A DNA stretch of 49,410 nucleotides. Origin: an uncultured Paludibacter sp. (lineage in GTDB: Bacteria; Bacteroidota; Bacteroidia; Bacteroidales; Paludibacteraceae). Both the position numbers and the translations under genes were made by a program. Below the pieces are notes generated by a model. The model saw nothing but the letters and a program-made list of their open reading frames with translations, ran no database searches and was not told where the DNA came from. Below are positions 1-10,145 of this stretch, piece after piece. Where the stretch lies: positions 1 to 49,410 of the forward strand of contig CAYVWK010000002.1 in NCBI GenBank assembly GCA_964455235.1, given 5' to 3'. The stretch's first letter is position 1, and each line of letters opens with the position of its first letter.

Positions 1-1
1 T

Positions 2-55
2 ATGGCTGTAGTAGGCTGGATGGAATGGCGGAAGACCATCACCAAGGCGAATTGA
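2..55 (+). CDS. 3' end of a gene entering from the left edge, possibly PnuC-like membrane transporter (partial)
   Basis: Frame reads MAVVGWMEWRKTITKAN-stop; TGA at 53-55 abuts the convergent HAD stop at 56-58. The AxxGxxxW-basic ending resembles PnuC C-termini, but only 17 aa are visible. Confidence 0.35.
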   Translation: MAVVGWMEWRKTITKAN

Positions 56-916
56 CTATTTCAAATCTTGAATCATCTGCTGAATTTCAGCTAAGTTTTC
101 GGCTATGATATCGGGTGTTAAATCTGACTCCTCCACAATCTCCATAGTTGTTTCGCCCGACATCACCAGAACCCCAACAGCACCTGCATTATAAGCCATA
201 CGCACATCGGTATAGATGCGGTCGCCCACCATCGCAACTTCGTGAGGCTCAAGTTGATAGCGTGATAGAATGCCACTCAGCATACGAGGGTCAGGTTTGC
301 CAATTACCACGTCGGGTTTGCGCTTGGTAGCTGCTTCTATGCAGGTATAAATCGAGCCGCAATCCACTAAAACGGTGGGTTGGTCGGTCGGACAAACCCA
401 ATCGGGGTTGGTTGCGATATAGGGTAAGCCCTGACTAGCCCACCACGCTGCCCGGCATAGGCGCGTGTATATCAGCGACATATCGAAACCAACCACCAAC
501 ATATCCGGCACATCATTCGGGTCATCAGCAGCGGAAATAAAACCAGCTTCTTCAAACTCAGTAATCATACTGGGCGTTCCCAAAATAAACAGCTTCTTCA
601 CTTCAGGGTGATTCTTCTGTATGTATTGAATCGTTGCTTGTGCCGAAGTGTACATTTCCTTCTTAGTCGCCTGAATACCTATTCCCGCCAGTTTGTCCAA
701 ATAATCTTTGGTGCTTTTTGAAGGATTATTCGTCAGAAAGGAATAGCTGATATGATGTTCTTTCAGAAAATTCAGAAAGGGAATGGTGAATGAAAAAAGG
801 GTAGCACCATTGTAAATTGTACCATCCATATCCAAAGCAAAGTGCTTGATATTCTTTAGTTTAGCTTGAAGTTTAGATATATCACTCAAGCCCATTTTAT
901 CTTGATATTTATACAT
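56..916 (-). CDS. HAD-superfamily class IIA phosphatase (NagD/AraL-like)
   Basis: Motifs DMDGTIY, LTNN, IATNPD, GKPDP, MVGDRIYTD. Confidence 0.9.
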   Translation of the reverse strand: MYKYQDKMGLSDISKLQAKLKNIKHFALDMDGTIYNGATLFSFTIPFLNFLKEHHISYSFLTNNPSKSTKDYLDKLAGIGIQATKKEMYTSAQATIQYIQKNHPEVKKLFILGTPSMITEFEEAGFISAADDPNDVPDMLVVGFDMSLIYTRLCRAAWWASQGLPYIATNPDWVCPTDQPTVLVDCGSIYTCIEAATKRKPDVVIGKPDPRMLSGILSRYQLEPHEVAMVGDRIYTDVRMAYNAGAVGVLVMSGETTMEIVEESDLTPDIIAENLAEIQQMIQDLK

Positions 917-927
917 AATTCTTTTAT

Positions 928-2403
928 TTATACTGATTCAACTTCTGCGTTCACTTCCTCATATCCGTGCGCTTTCGCTTTCCACATCAACGCAAAGATA
1001 AAGATGCAAATCACCGCCATGCCTATCATCATCAAAAATACATAGTCCCACGCTTTGCCTGGACTTACCTTATCGAAATAATCCACTATCAAACCAACAC
1101 CGAGACCAGAAACTAATCCGCTGGCATAGCCGAATAAGCCTGTTAATCCGTTGGCAGTAGCCGCAGCACGGTTAGTAGCTTGGTTAGCAGCAGCAATGCC
1201 GATGAGGGCTTGCGGACCATAGATGAAAAAGCCCGACATCGCCAAGACTAAGATCATTGTCCACGAAGGAGCAGAGGAGGGTAAGAGGTAGAAGATGGTC
1301 ATGAAAATAGCTACTCCCACCATGCAATATAGCGAGGTGTGATGTGCTTTCCCTTTGAGGTATTTGTCTGTAATCCAGCCTGCTAGCAACATGCCCACTA
1401 TACCGAAAATCTCAAAAATAGCAACAGTCCAACCTGCATTTGCTAGACTCATGCCATGTGCTTCTTTGAGGAAAGTCGGACCCCAATCTAAAACCGCGAA
1501 ACGCACCACATAGACAAAGAAATTCGCAAAACCAAGTATCCAAATCCACTTATTGCGATAGACATATTTATTCACAAAAGCCTTGTATTCAGCGGATGAG
1601 TCTTTGCCTTTTTTGTGAACGGTATGCAGTTCGGGCAATCCCACTGAAGATGGTGTGTCGCGAAGAGCCATAAACAGCCCAATCGAACCCACCAAAGCTA
1701 TTGCGCCAGGAATCCAGAAACACCACTTCCATGCGCCCATATGCGCAGCCGATTCTAATACACCCTTCATCTTTTCAGTATCCGCCATATCCACATTCAG
1801 GTTGGCAGCTATCATACTGACGATTTCAGGGTTATTGCTCATATTGGTACCGAAAGTTCCCATGATATAGCCTGCTAAAATTGCTACCAAGCTCGCACCA
1901 ATTGAGTGCGAAGTGTTCCAAATCGACATTTTAGTAGCTAATTCATTTTGAGGAACCCAATGCGTCATCAAACGAGCAACAGGAGGGAAACCACTACCTT
2001 GTATTAGGTTGTTGATAATGAGGATGATGCCGAAAATAAGCACCATAGTATTCACGAACATTGGTCCGCCTGTCTGCCCAGTAATCAGTGTGCTGAGGTC
2101 ATCACCCCACCCAAAAGCAAAGTTAGCGATGGCACAAAGAAACAGTCCGATAGCCATGTGATAGCGCGCATTCAGGCGGTCGGCAATCACTCCATTCAGG
2201 AAGCGTGAAACACCATAGACAATCGTTACTAGGGTCATGATTATTCCAAAATGAGTTTTGGTAATCCCAAATTCAGCGGTCAGACCAGGAATAGCGAAGG
2301 AAAAGTTCTTACGAACAAAATAGAAAAAGGCATATCCTACCATGGTTGCAATGATGGTACGCGTTTGCCAATACTTAAATTTTTTTTCTGTTGTAGTTTG
2401 CAT
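928..2403 (-). CDS. MFS organophosphate:Pi antiporter, GlpT/UhpC family (second, divergent copy)
   Basis: GYAFFYFVRKNF, THWVPQNE..TKMSIWNTSH, VRFAVLDWGP, IYGPQAL, GLTGLFGY; hydrophobic 12-TM pattern with an extra loop near aa 185-220. Confidence 0.9.
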   Translation of the reverse strand: MQTTTEKKFKYWQTRTIIATMVGYAFFYFVRKNFSFAIPGLTAEFGITKTHFGIIMTLVTIVYGVSRFLNGVIADRLNARYHMAIGLFLCAIANFAFGWGDDLSTLITGQTGGPMFVNTMVLIFGIILIINNLIQGSGFPPVARLMTHWVPQNELATKMSIWNTSHSIGASLVAILAGYIMGTFGTNMSNNPEIVSMIAANLNVDMADTEKMKGVLESAAHMGAWKWCFWIPGAIALVGSIGLFMALRDTPSSVGLPELHTVHKKGKDSSAEYKAFVNKYVYRNKWIWILGFANFFVYVVRFAVLDWGPTFLKEAHGMSLANAGWTVAIFEIFGIVGMLLAGWITDKYLKGKAHHTSLYCMVGVAIFMTIFYLLPSSAPSWTMILVLAMSGFFIYGPQALIGIAAANQATNRAAATANGLTGLFGYASGLVSGLGVGLIVDYFDKVSPGKAWDYVFLMMIGMAVICIFIFALMWKAKAHGYEEVNAEVESV

Positions 2404-2479
2404 TGATGGATATAAAATCTTAAGGGTTTTAGAGCGATATATTCTCTGTTCAACTATTTGTGCTATTCAAACAGTCTTG

Positions 2480-2487
2480 CAAATGTA
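2480..2487 (-). promoter_or_regulatory. Bacteroidetes -7 promoter element (TACATTTG) for the MFS-HAD unit
   Basis: Matches TAnnTTTG about 77 nt upstream of the start at 2403. Confidence 0.65.
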
Positions 2488-2515
2488 TTTAATATTTTTT
2501 GATTTCAAGGTAAAA

Positions 2516-2555
2516 CTTTCGATAAAACTTTCTTTTTTCTTTTGATTGCTTTCGT
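2516..2555. promoter_or_regulatory. Putative DeoR/GlpR operator array (CTTTC/CTTTT direct repeats)
   Basis: Repeats start at 2516, 2528, 2539 and 2549 (10-12 bp spacing), just upstream of the MFS promoter. Confidence 0.45.
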
Positions 2556-2678
2556 TTTCTGGAATGTTAGATGATAAATAATTGCGGCTGATTGAAGGCA
2601 TGCCAAAAAGACCTTATTCCGAAGAAGGTTATACTGAAGAAATACATGAGTTATATATTTACGAAAAAAGGAGATAGG

Positions 2679-2702
2679 TTTCGATTTTGAGGAAAATCGA
2701 AA
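2679..2702. promoter_or_regulatory. Perfect inverted repeat TTTCGATTTT-GAGG-AAAATCGAAA; putative operator or glpR terminator
   Basis: 10-bp arms with a 4-bp spacer, downstream of glpR; a near-copy lies at 3541-3564. Confidence 0.5.
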
Positions 2703-2721
2703 GTATAAGAAAATAGATGTT

Positions 2722-3486
2722 TCAGACCAAAACTACATCAATTCCTTTTTCACGTAGCGCTTCAACCGTATTTGCAGGGGCATTTGAGTCAGTGATGATT
2801 TGATCAACTTGATGAATGTCACAAATTTTACCGAAACCTCTTTTGCCAAATTTAGTAGAATCAGTAAGTATGATAATCTTTTGAGCCGATTTAATCATTT
2901 GCTGATTGAGATGAGCTTCACCCAAGTTGCTGGTCGTCAACCCGTGCTCCAAATCAATACCATCCACGCCTAAGAAGAGTTTATTGCACATCATTTCCTC
3001 TAAAAGGTTTTCAGCATAAGCACCCACAGCAGAAGCCGAACTTTTACGCATGGTACCTCCTAGCTGGATGATATCAATATTGTTGATATAAGAAAGCGTT
3101 AGAGAAACTTTCACAGATGGCGTAATGACGGTTAGAGGCAGGTGGTCCGTGAGTTTCCTGGCGAACGCTAATACGGTAGTCCCCGATGCAATGATGATGC
3201 GGTCTTCTGGCTCCATCATCTTAGCTGCATATTCCGCAATCCTGTTTTTTTCATCGGTTTGAATCTTTTCCTTGATGTCGATATGTGTATCGATAGTGAG
3301 CGATGAGATGGGGCTAGCACTCCCATGATTTCGATATAGTAACTTTCGTTTTTCAAGCTCACTTAAGTCCTTGCGAATAGTGACCTCAGAGACTCCTAAG
3401 GTTTTGCTTAGATCTTGAACGCGCACAAAGCCCTCTTTTTCAAGCTCATTCAGTATTAATTTGTGCCTTTTGGCGATGTTTCCCAT
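2722..3486 (-). CDS. glpR: DeoR/GlpR-family transcriptional repressor
   Basis: HTH VSEVTIRKDL..LE, SGTTV, KLFLGVDGID, DSTKFG, IITD; divergent from glpD-glpT. Confidence 0.85.
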   Translation of the reverse strand: MGNIAKRHKLILNELEKEGFVRVQDLSKTLGVSEVTIRKDLSELEKRKLLYRNHGSASPISSLTIDTHIDIKEKIQTDEKNRIAEYAAKMMEPEDRIIIASGTTVLAFARKLTDHLPLTVITPSVKVSLTLSYINNIDIIQLGGTMRKSSASAVGAYAENLLEEMMCNKLFLGVDGIDLEHGLTTSNLGEAHLNQQMIKSAQKIIILTDSTKFGKRGFGKICDIHQVDQIITDSNAPANTVEALREKGIDVVLV

Positions 3487-3508
3487 AGCTGAGTGTTTTT
3501 TAATGCAA

Positions 3509-3516
3509 CAAAATTA
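3509..3516 (-). promoter_or_regulatory. -7 promoter element (TAATTTTG) for glpR
   Basis: TAnnTTTG match 22 nt upstream of the start. Confidence 0.55.
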
Positions 3517-3540
3517 AACCTTTATTTTTAAACTTGCAAG

Positions 3541-3612
3541 TTTCGATTTGAATTAAAATCAAAAGTGTTAAATTTACGATTAATATAGAAATTCTTTCGA
3601 TTATTGTTTTGA
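3541..3612. promoter_or_regulatory. Putative GlpR operator sites between the divergent promoters
   Basis: TTTCGATTTG-AATT-AAAATCAAAA (3541-3564) plus TTTCGATT at 3595 and TTTTGATT at 3607. Confidence 0.5.
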
Positions 3613-3628
3613 TTTACGGAAATTGTCT

Positions 3629-3636
3629 TATATTTG
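3629..3636 (+). promoter_or_regulatory. -7 promoter element (TATATTTG) for the glpD-glpT-susC operon
   Basis: TAnnTTTG followed by CA, with a TTTG at 3608-3611. Confidence 0.65.
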
Positions 3637-3760
3637 CATATAATAATCAACTAACTTATATAAAAACTGAAACTTACACATTAAATCTACCATCAAAAAA
3701 AGCTGTTTTCATGATAAACAATAGGTTATGTAAGTTCCATGTGATAAAACTATAACACAA

Positions 3761-5335
3761 ATGAAAAGAGAAGACTTTATTAGTCAATTAAAATCGAACG
3801 CCACGCCACACTGGGATTTTATAGTGATAGGTGGTGGTGCTACTGGTTTAGGGATAGCCATAGATGCTGCATCCCGCGGTTATAAAACAGTGCTCTTAGA
3901 ACAGTCCGATTACGCGAAAGCTACATCGAGCAGGAGCACTAAATTAGTACATGGAGGCGTACGTTACCTTCAGAAAGGTGATGTTGCATTGGTTAGAGAG
4001 GCTTTGCGCGAAAGAGGTTATTTGTTGAAAAATGCCCCTCACCTCGTGAAAGACCAGCGTTTCATTATTGGTAACTATGCATGGTGGGAACGTCCCTTTT
4101 ACACCATAGGCTTAGTGATGTATGATGTATTAGCAGGTCGCTTGGGTTTTGGTCGTTCTTTGCCAATGAGTAAAGCGAATGTGGTTAAAGCTGTTCCGCA
4201 TATAGAGCGAAATGGGTTGAAAGGTGGCGTTGTATATCATGATGGTCAGTTCGACGATTCTCGTCTCGCTATCAATATGATGCAAACCGCTATTGAGCAA
4301 GGTGCGACTGTGGTGAATTATGCTGGTGTTACTTCCCTACTGAAAAGCGAAAGCGGTAGAGTGAATGGTGTGGTGGTTAAAGATGAACTTACAGGCGAAA
4401 CTTTCGAACTGCATGGTACAGCAATCATCAATGCTACAGGTATTTTTGTAGATGATGTGATTAAAATGGACAATGCAAAGGAAGCTCCTTTGGTGCGCCC
4501 AAGTCAGGGTGTTCACTTGGTAGTAGATAAGTCATTTTTAGGTGGTGATGATGCAATCATGGTTCCCAAAACCAGCGATGGTCGTGTGATGTTTGGTGTG
4601 CCTTGGCATAATCGCGTAATCCTAGGTACTACTGATGTACCCGTGAAAGAGTTTGTGTTAGAGCCTATGGCTTTAGAAGAAGAGGTGGATTTCATTCTTG
4701 AAACGGCAAACCGTTATCTATCAAAACAGATAACGCGCAAAGATGTACTTTGTGTGTTTGCTGGTCTGCGCCCCTTAGCAGCACCTAAAAAGATGTCCGA
4801 TGAATCGAAAACCAAGGAAATATCCCGCAGTCATAAACTTTTGGCTGCCGATTCGGGTTTAGTGACTATCACTGGCGGTAAATGGACTACCTACCGTATT
4901 ATGGCAGAAGAGACCATTGATTTAGCCATTAAAAAGAACTATTTACCTTTCAAACCATGCGTTACCAAAGATTTGAAAATTCATGGACATAAAGTAACGA
5001 CCGATAGAAGTAATTGGATGTATGTGTATGGTAGCGATCAAGATGCGATTCTAGCATTAGAGAAAGAAAATCCTACTTATGCCGAAAAATTACATGAAGA
5101 ATTGGATTTTACTGTATCGCAAGTTGTGTGGGCAGTGCGTCATGAAATGGCTCTTACTTTAGATGATGTATTAGCTCGTCGCGTGAGAGCATTGTATATG
5201 GATGCTCGCAAATCAATAGAAATTGCTCCTAAGGTAGCTCAAGTGATGGCAGATGAATTAGGAAAAGATGCAGATTGGGCGAAACAACAAGTTGAAGAGT
5301 ACACAGCCATAGCAAACGGCTATGTAATGAACTAA
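3761..5335 (+). CDS. glpD: FAD-dependent glycerol-3-phosphate dehydrogenase/oxidase
   Basis: IGGGATGLG, TSSRSTKLVHGGVRYL, DGQFDDSRL, GTTD, AGLRP, TGGKWTTYR. Confidence 0.92.
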   Translation: MKREDFISQLKSNATPHWDFIVIGGGATGLGIAIDAASRGYKTVLLEQSDYAKATSSRSTKLVHGGVRYLQKGDVALVREALRERGYLLKNAPHLVKDQRFIIGNYAWWERPFYTIGLVMYDVLAGRLGFGRSLPMSKANVVKAVPHIERNGLKGGVVYHDGQFDDSRLAINMMQTAIEQGATVVNYAGVTSLLKSESGRVNGVVVKDELTGETFELHGTAIINATGIFVDDVIKMDNAKEAPLVRPSQGVHLVVDKSFLGGDDAIMVPKTSDGRVMFGVPWHNRVILGTTDVPVKEFVLEPMALEEEVDFILETANRYLSKQITRKDVLCVFAGLRPLAAPKKMSDESKTKEISRSHKLLAADSGLVTITGGKWTTYRIMAEETIDLAIKKNYLPFKPCVTKDLKIHGHKVTTDRSNWMYVYGSDQDAILALEKENPTYAEKLHEELDFTVSQVVWAVRHEMALTLDDVLARRVRALYMDARKSIEIAPKVAQVMADELGKDADWAKQQVEEYTAIANGYVMN

Positions 5336-5346
5336 TATTATATAGT

Positions 5347-6684
5347 ATGAAGAATTTTTTAAAACCTGCTCCACATAAAGAACTGCTGCCCGAACATAAA
5401 ATCAATTCGCGCTACAGCTATTTGCGTTGGCAGGTGTTTTTAGGCATTTTTATCGGTTATGCAGGCTATTATTTGGTGCGGAAAAACTTTTCGCTCATCA
5501 TGCCCGACTTAAAAGACATGGGCTTTACGGAGGGTCAGTTGGGTATTGTTGCCGCTGCTATCTCTATTGCTTATGGATTAAGTAAGTTTCTGATGGCTGG
5601 TATTTCCGACCGAAGCAATGCTCGCATATTCCTCAGTTTGGGCTTGTTACTCTCTGCACTTACTGTCTTAGCGTTTGGTACTATTCCTTTGCTAACCTCC
5701 TCTGTAACCATCATGTTTATTATGATGTTTTTGAATGGATGGTTCCAAGGTATGGGATGGCCTCCTTGTGGTAGGGTGATGGTGCATTGGTTTTCTACTA
5801 AAGAAAGGGGAACGAAAATGTCGATTTGGAATGTGGCGCATAATGTGGGTGGCGGACTGATTGGTCCTTTAGCTATTCTAGGGGTTGCTATTTTTGGAGA
5901 TTGGCAAAGTAAGATGTATTTTCCTGCTATGATAGCTGTTGTCGTATCCTTTATCACCTATTTATTAGTGAGAGATACGCCACAATCTTGCGGATTACCT
6001 AATATCGAAGCATTTAAAAATGATTATCCAGCAGATTATGATGCTAGTCACGAAGAAGAGCTTTCAACTAAAGAAATATTTACAACCTATGTGTTGAGAA
6101 ATAAGTTTTTATGGTTGATAGCCATTGCTAATGCCATGATTTATTTGGTGAGATATGGTGTGCTTGATTGGGCGCCCCTATATCTACAAGAAGCAAAAGG
6201 CTTTTCAGTAAAAGAAACAGGTTGGGCTTATTTCTTATATGAATGGGCAGGAATCCCTGGAACACTTTTATGCGGAATTATATCAGACAAAATATTCAGA
6301 GGCAGAAGAGCACCTACCATTATTATATATATGGTATTAACGATGGTAGCCGTTGCGGTATATTGGCTAAATCCTCCTGGAAACATCATGGTTGACAATA
6401 TTGCATTGATAGCCATAGGGTTCTTGATTTACGGACCTGTAATGTTGATAGGCGTACAAGCCTTGGACTTAGTACCCAAAAAAGCCGCAGGAACCGCAGC
6501 TGGTCTGACAGGTTTGTTTGGCTATTTGGGAGGTGCTTTATTCGCAAATATAGCCATAGGCTTTATCGTGCAGCACTACAGCTGGGATGCAACTTTTATC
6601 CTGATGTTGGTAGCCAGTGTGATAGCGATAGGCTTTACAGCTATGACGTGGAACAAAGAAAAAGAGAGATTACAATTACAATAA
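5347..6684 (+). CDS. glpT: Glycerol-3-phosphate transporter
   Basis: RWQVFLGIFIGYAGYYLVRKNF, QGMGWPPCGR, SIWNVAHNVGG, YEWAGIPGTLLCG, IYGPVMLIG; canonical GlpT. Confidence 0.95.
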   Translation: MKNFLKPAPHKELLPEHKINSRYSYLRWQVFLGIFIGYAGYYLVRKNFSLIMPDLKDMGFTEGQLGIVAAAISIAYGLSKFLMAGISDRSNARIFLSLGLLLSALTVLAFGTIPLLTSSVTIMFIMMFLNGWFQGMGWPPCGRVMVHWFSTKERGTKMSIWNVAHNVGGGLIGPLAILGVAIFGDWQSKMYFPAMIAVVVSFITYLLVRDTPQSCGLPNIEAFKNDYPADYDASHEEELSTKEIFTTYVLRNKFLWLIAIANAMIYLVRYGVLDWAPLYLQEAKGFSVKETGWAYFLYEWAGIPGTLLCGIISDKIFRGRRAPTIIIYMVLTMVAVAVYWLNPPGNIMVDNIALIAIGFLIYGPVMLIGVQALDLVPKKAAGTAAGLTGLFGYLGGALFANIAIGFIVQHYSWDATFILMLVASVIAIGFTAMTWNKEKERLQLQ

Positions 6685-6757
6685 AACAGATATCAACAGT
6701 TGAATCCACACAATAAGATTTAGCAAGATATTATTAATTCTATATTCATCAAAACAC

Positions 6758-9700
6758 ATGGAAATGAAGCTTAATTTTCAGAAAAACAATTTTTCCTCTT
6801 TCACACTGAAAAGAGGAAGCGGGTTGTTTGTTAGCACATTACTGCTATGCTTGTTTTTAATATCGCCAGTAGATTTGCGAGCTACAACAGAGCAATCGCA
6901 TGCAGCCGAAGCTTTGGTGCAAGCCAAAACGGGAAGGTTGACTGGGGTTATTAAAGACGAAACAGGCGATTTTATGATAGGCGTTTCTGTTGCTATCAAG
7001 GGTACACAGATTGGAACTGTGACGGATATCAACGGTAAATTCGTTTTGAATAACGTGCCTATTGGCAATCAAGTTTTAGAAGCTAGTTATATTGGATATG
7101 ACAAGCTTAGTCAGAATTTAACAGTGAAAGATGCGGATAATAAGGAGCTTGCTCTGCGATTAGACCCTTCACGTGTACAATTAGAAGAGGTAACAGTTAC
7201 TGCTTTGGGTATTAAAAAAGCGGATAAGGCTTTAGGTTATGCTCTTTCTAAAGTGAGTAGTGATGACTTGAACAATACCGTATCAGGTAACTGGATGAAC
7301 AGTCTTTCTGGTAAGGTAGCAGGTTTGAACTTCGATCAATCATCAGCTGGACCTGGAGGGTCTATGCGTGTTACCCTTCGCGGTGAAGGTTCTTTATCGC
7401 ACGATAAAAACACTGCCTTATTTGTTATTGATGGGGTGCCAGTAAGTAGCGACGTTACTCCGAGTAATGCCGAAGGTTCGTATGCTAATGCCGATGCTCC
7501 TATCGACTACGGTGGAGGTGTGGGTGATTTAAACCCTGAGGATATCGAGTCGATTTCAGTATTGAAAGGGCCATCTGCAACTGCACTTTATGGTTCACGC
7601 GCCGCGAATGGTGCTATCATCATCACCACTAAATCAGGTACTAAAACAAAAGGTTTAGGTGTGACTGTCAATTCATCTTTAACACTTGAACAAGCTGGTT
7701 TCTGGCCTAAATTCCAAAATGAATATGGCTCTGGGAACTATAGTAAAAACAACCGTGATGATGTAGTTCCTCAACCTTTCTCATGGTGGAAAGTGGGTAC
7801 AACCAATCGCTTTTGGTCACGCTATAACTTCGGTGAAAAATTTGAAGGTCAGCTACGCTATATGTATGGTTCTAAAAACTGGGAAACAGAAGAGTTTACC
7901 TTACTTCCTTATGAGCCAAAAGATTGGTATAAAGGTTTCTTCGAGACAGGTGTTACCTACAATAATAGCGTCACCATTGATGCTTCTACAGGTAAAGGAG
8001 GATCAATCCGATTCTCACTTAGAGACACACGCAATGATTGGATAGTGCCTAATACAGGCTATACTTCTCAAAACTTCAATATATCTATCAGTCAACAGAT
8101 TAATAATCGCATTTCTTTAGCATCAAAAGTAACATACTATACTAAGAATAGTGATAATTTACCTATGTCTGGTTATAGCTCGGCTACTCCACTATACACT
8201 TTGATTTGGGCACCTGCAGCGGTAGATGTAAATGATTTCAAAGATGAATATTTTAGTGGAAGATTGATTCAAATTCACCAAGAAGGATTGGGTAATAGCA
8301 ACCTAATCAACTATGATAGTGATAACCCTTACTTCCAAGTGTATGAGCATTTGAATACGATGGCACGTGACAGGGTGTTTGGTAATGCCAGTGTAAGCGT
8401 GAATATCATCCCAGAAAAATTAGATTTTATATTACGTTCTGGTATCGACTGGTATGGTGATTTCCGTACACAAAGAAAACCTTACTATTCAGTTTCGCAC
8501 CGTACAGGTATGTACCGCGAGCAAAACATCAATGCGTTCGAAATCAATAACGACTTCTTATTCTCTTATAAAGATCAGTTTGGTGATTTTGATTTTAATG
8601 CAAGCTTTGGTGGAAATAGCATGGTGAATAAATACCGTTCAATAACCCAAACAGCTCCTAAGTTATTTACATACAATGTATATCAATTGCAAAATAGCGA
8701 TGGCCAAATTATCCAATCGAATGTGAGAAGAGAAAAAGGCATCAATAGCTTGTTTGGATTTGTTTCTGCTAGCTGGAAAGGGATAGTGTTTGCTGAGGTT
8801 ACTGGTCGTAATGACTGGTCGAGCACCCTTGCAAAAGGCAATAACTCCTACTTCTATCCATCTATCAACACCAGCTTATTGCTCGACCAACTATTCAATT
8901 TTAGAGACCATGCAAGATGGGTTGACCTATTGAAAGTAAGAGCTTCTTGGGCTAATGTGGGTAATGATACAGACCCTTATCAATTGGAACAAGTGTATAG
9001 CAATAGTGATTTTACCAGTGCGTATAAATTGTATGGACGCATTCAAAATAAAGATTTGAAGCCCGAAAATATCGAGAGCTGGGAGTTTGGTATTGATACG
9101 CGACTCTTCAGAAATAGATTAAGTTTTGATATTACTTATTATGATGCGGCTACTACAAATCAGATTATCAGTGTGCCAACCGATTGGGCAACAGGTGCTT
9201 CATCACAGGTAATTAATGCAGGTAAAGTAACCAATAGAGGAGTGGAAATTTCAACTCGTATTCAGCCTATTAAATCCAAAAGATGGAATTGGTATATGAA
9301 CCTAAACTGGAGTAAAAACTGGAATAAATTAGTTGAATTGGCTCCTGGAGTTGAACTATGGCAGCTTAACGCAAGTAATACCGTTGGTAGTCGTGTGTTT
9401 ATCTATGCTTATCCTGGAACAGAGTTAGGGCGAATTTATGGAGTGGGCTACGAACGTGCACCAGAAGGCTCTTTCTATATGGATGGAGATACTAAAGTAG
9501 ATGTATCTGGACAACATATAGTGGATGCTAAAACAGGCAATCCAATTATTGGGGATGAAATGCAGGATTTAGGAAGTATTTTCCCAGACTGGAAAGCGGG
9601 TATGACACAAACCATCACCTATAAAAACTTCTCATTGAATATGACTTTCGCTGGACAATATGGCGGTAAAGCTTATTCAGTAACCAATTTTGCTCTATCG

Positions 9701-10126
9701 TATATGGGTAAACTAACCAATACCTTGGAAGGGCGTTACGAAGGTTTGATACACGAAGGGGTAAATTTGAATGAAGATGGTACCTATTCTAAAAATACGA
9801 AAATTACTACGGATATTGTTGACTACTACAACACAGTAGTTTGGAATAGAAATAATGTGGAGCAAAACACCTTCAGTACAAGTTATTTGAAGATGAAAGA
9901 GGCGCGTTTAGATTATAGACTACCAGCCAAAACACTTAAGCAAATTAAGTATATTGAGAATGTGGCAGTGGGAGTTTACGCAACCAACTTGTTCAGCATA
10001 TCAACTTGGCCTCAATACGACCCAGAAGTGGCTTCGTTTGGTGGCGGTTCTTTAAATCGAGGAATTGAGACGGGAGGTTTCCCCATGACTCGTACCTATG
10101 GTTTTAATCTAAAAGTATCATTCTAA
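6758..10126 (+). CDS. SusC/RagA TonB-dependent outer-membrane transporter
   Basis: N-terminal carboxypeptidase-regulatory-like domain, LEEVTVTALG, DIESISVLKGPSATALYGSRAANGAIIITTK, RNDWSSTL, C-terminal Phe. Confidence 0.97.
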   Translation: MEMKLNFQKNNFSSFTLKRGSGLFVSTLLLCLFLISPVDLRATTEQSHAAEALVQAKTGRLTGVIKDETGDFMIGVSVAIKGTQIGTVTDINGKFVLNNVPIGNQVLEASYIGYDKLSQNLTVKDADNKELALRLDPSRVQLEEVTVTALGIKKADKALGYALSKVSSDDLNNTVSGNWMNSLSGKVAGLNFDQSSAGPGGSMRVTLRGEGSLSHDKNTALFVIDGVPVSSDVTPSNAEGSYANADAPIDYGGGVGDLNPEDIESISVLKGPSATALYGSRAANGAIIITTKSGTKTKGLGVTVNSSLTLEQAGFWPKFQNEYGSGNYSKNNRDDVVPQPFSWWKVGTTNRFWSRYNFGEKFEGQLRYMYGSKNWETEEFTLLPYEPKDWYKGFFETGVTYNNSVTIDASTGKGGSIRFSLRDTRNDWIVPNTGYTSQNFNISISQQINNRISLASKVTYYTKNSDNLPMSGYSSATPLYTLIWAPAAVDVNDFKDEYFSGRLIQIHQEGLGNSNLINYDSDNPYFQVYEHLNTMARDRVFGNASVSVNIIPEKLDFILRSGIDWYGDFRTQRKPYYSVSHRTGMYREQNINAFEINNDFLFSYKDQFGDFDFNASFGGNSMVNKYRSITQTAPKLFTYNVYQLQNSDGQIIQSNVRREKGINSLFGFVSASWKGIVFAEVTGRNDWSSTLAKGNNSYFYPSINTSLLLDQLFNFRDHARWVDLLKVRASWANVGNDTDPYQLEQVYSNSDFTSAYKLYGRIQNKDLKPENIESWEFGIDTRLFRNRLSFDITYYDAATTNQIISVPTDWATGASSQVINAGKVTNRGVEISTRIQPIKSKRWNWYMNLNWSKNWNKLVELAPGVELWQLNASNTVGSRVFIYAYPGTELGRIYGVGYERAPEGSFYMDGDTKVDVSGQHIVDAKTGNPIIGDEMQDLGSIFPDWKAGMTQTITYKNFSLNMTFAGQYGGKAYSVTNFALSYMGKLTNTLEGRYEGLIHEGVNLNEDGTYSKNTKITTDIVDYYNTVVWNRNNVEQNTFSTSYLKMKEARLDYRLPAKTLKQIKYIENVAVGVYATNLFSISTWPQYDPEVASFGGGSLNRGIETGGFPMTRTYGFNLKVSF

Positions 10127-10145
10127 AACATTAAAATTTAAACGT

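Noticed and set aside
2600-2677. Small ORF MPKRPYSEEGYTEEIHELYIYEKRR in the MFS-glpR spacer
   Set aside because: 25 aa with no recognisable promoter or motif; cannot be told from chance
3640-3760. Riboswitch in the ~120-nt glpD leader
   Set aside because: AT-rich with no convincing stems or known aptamer motif by eye
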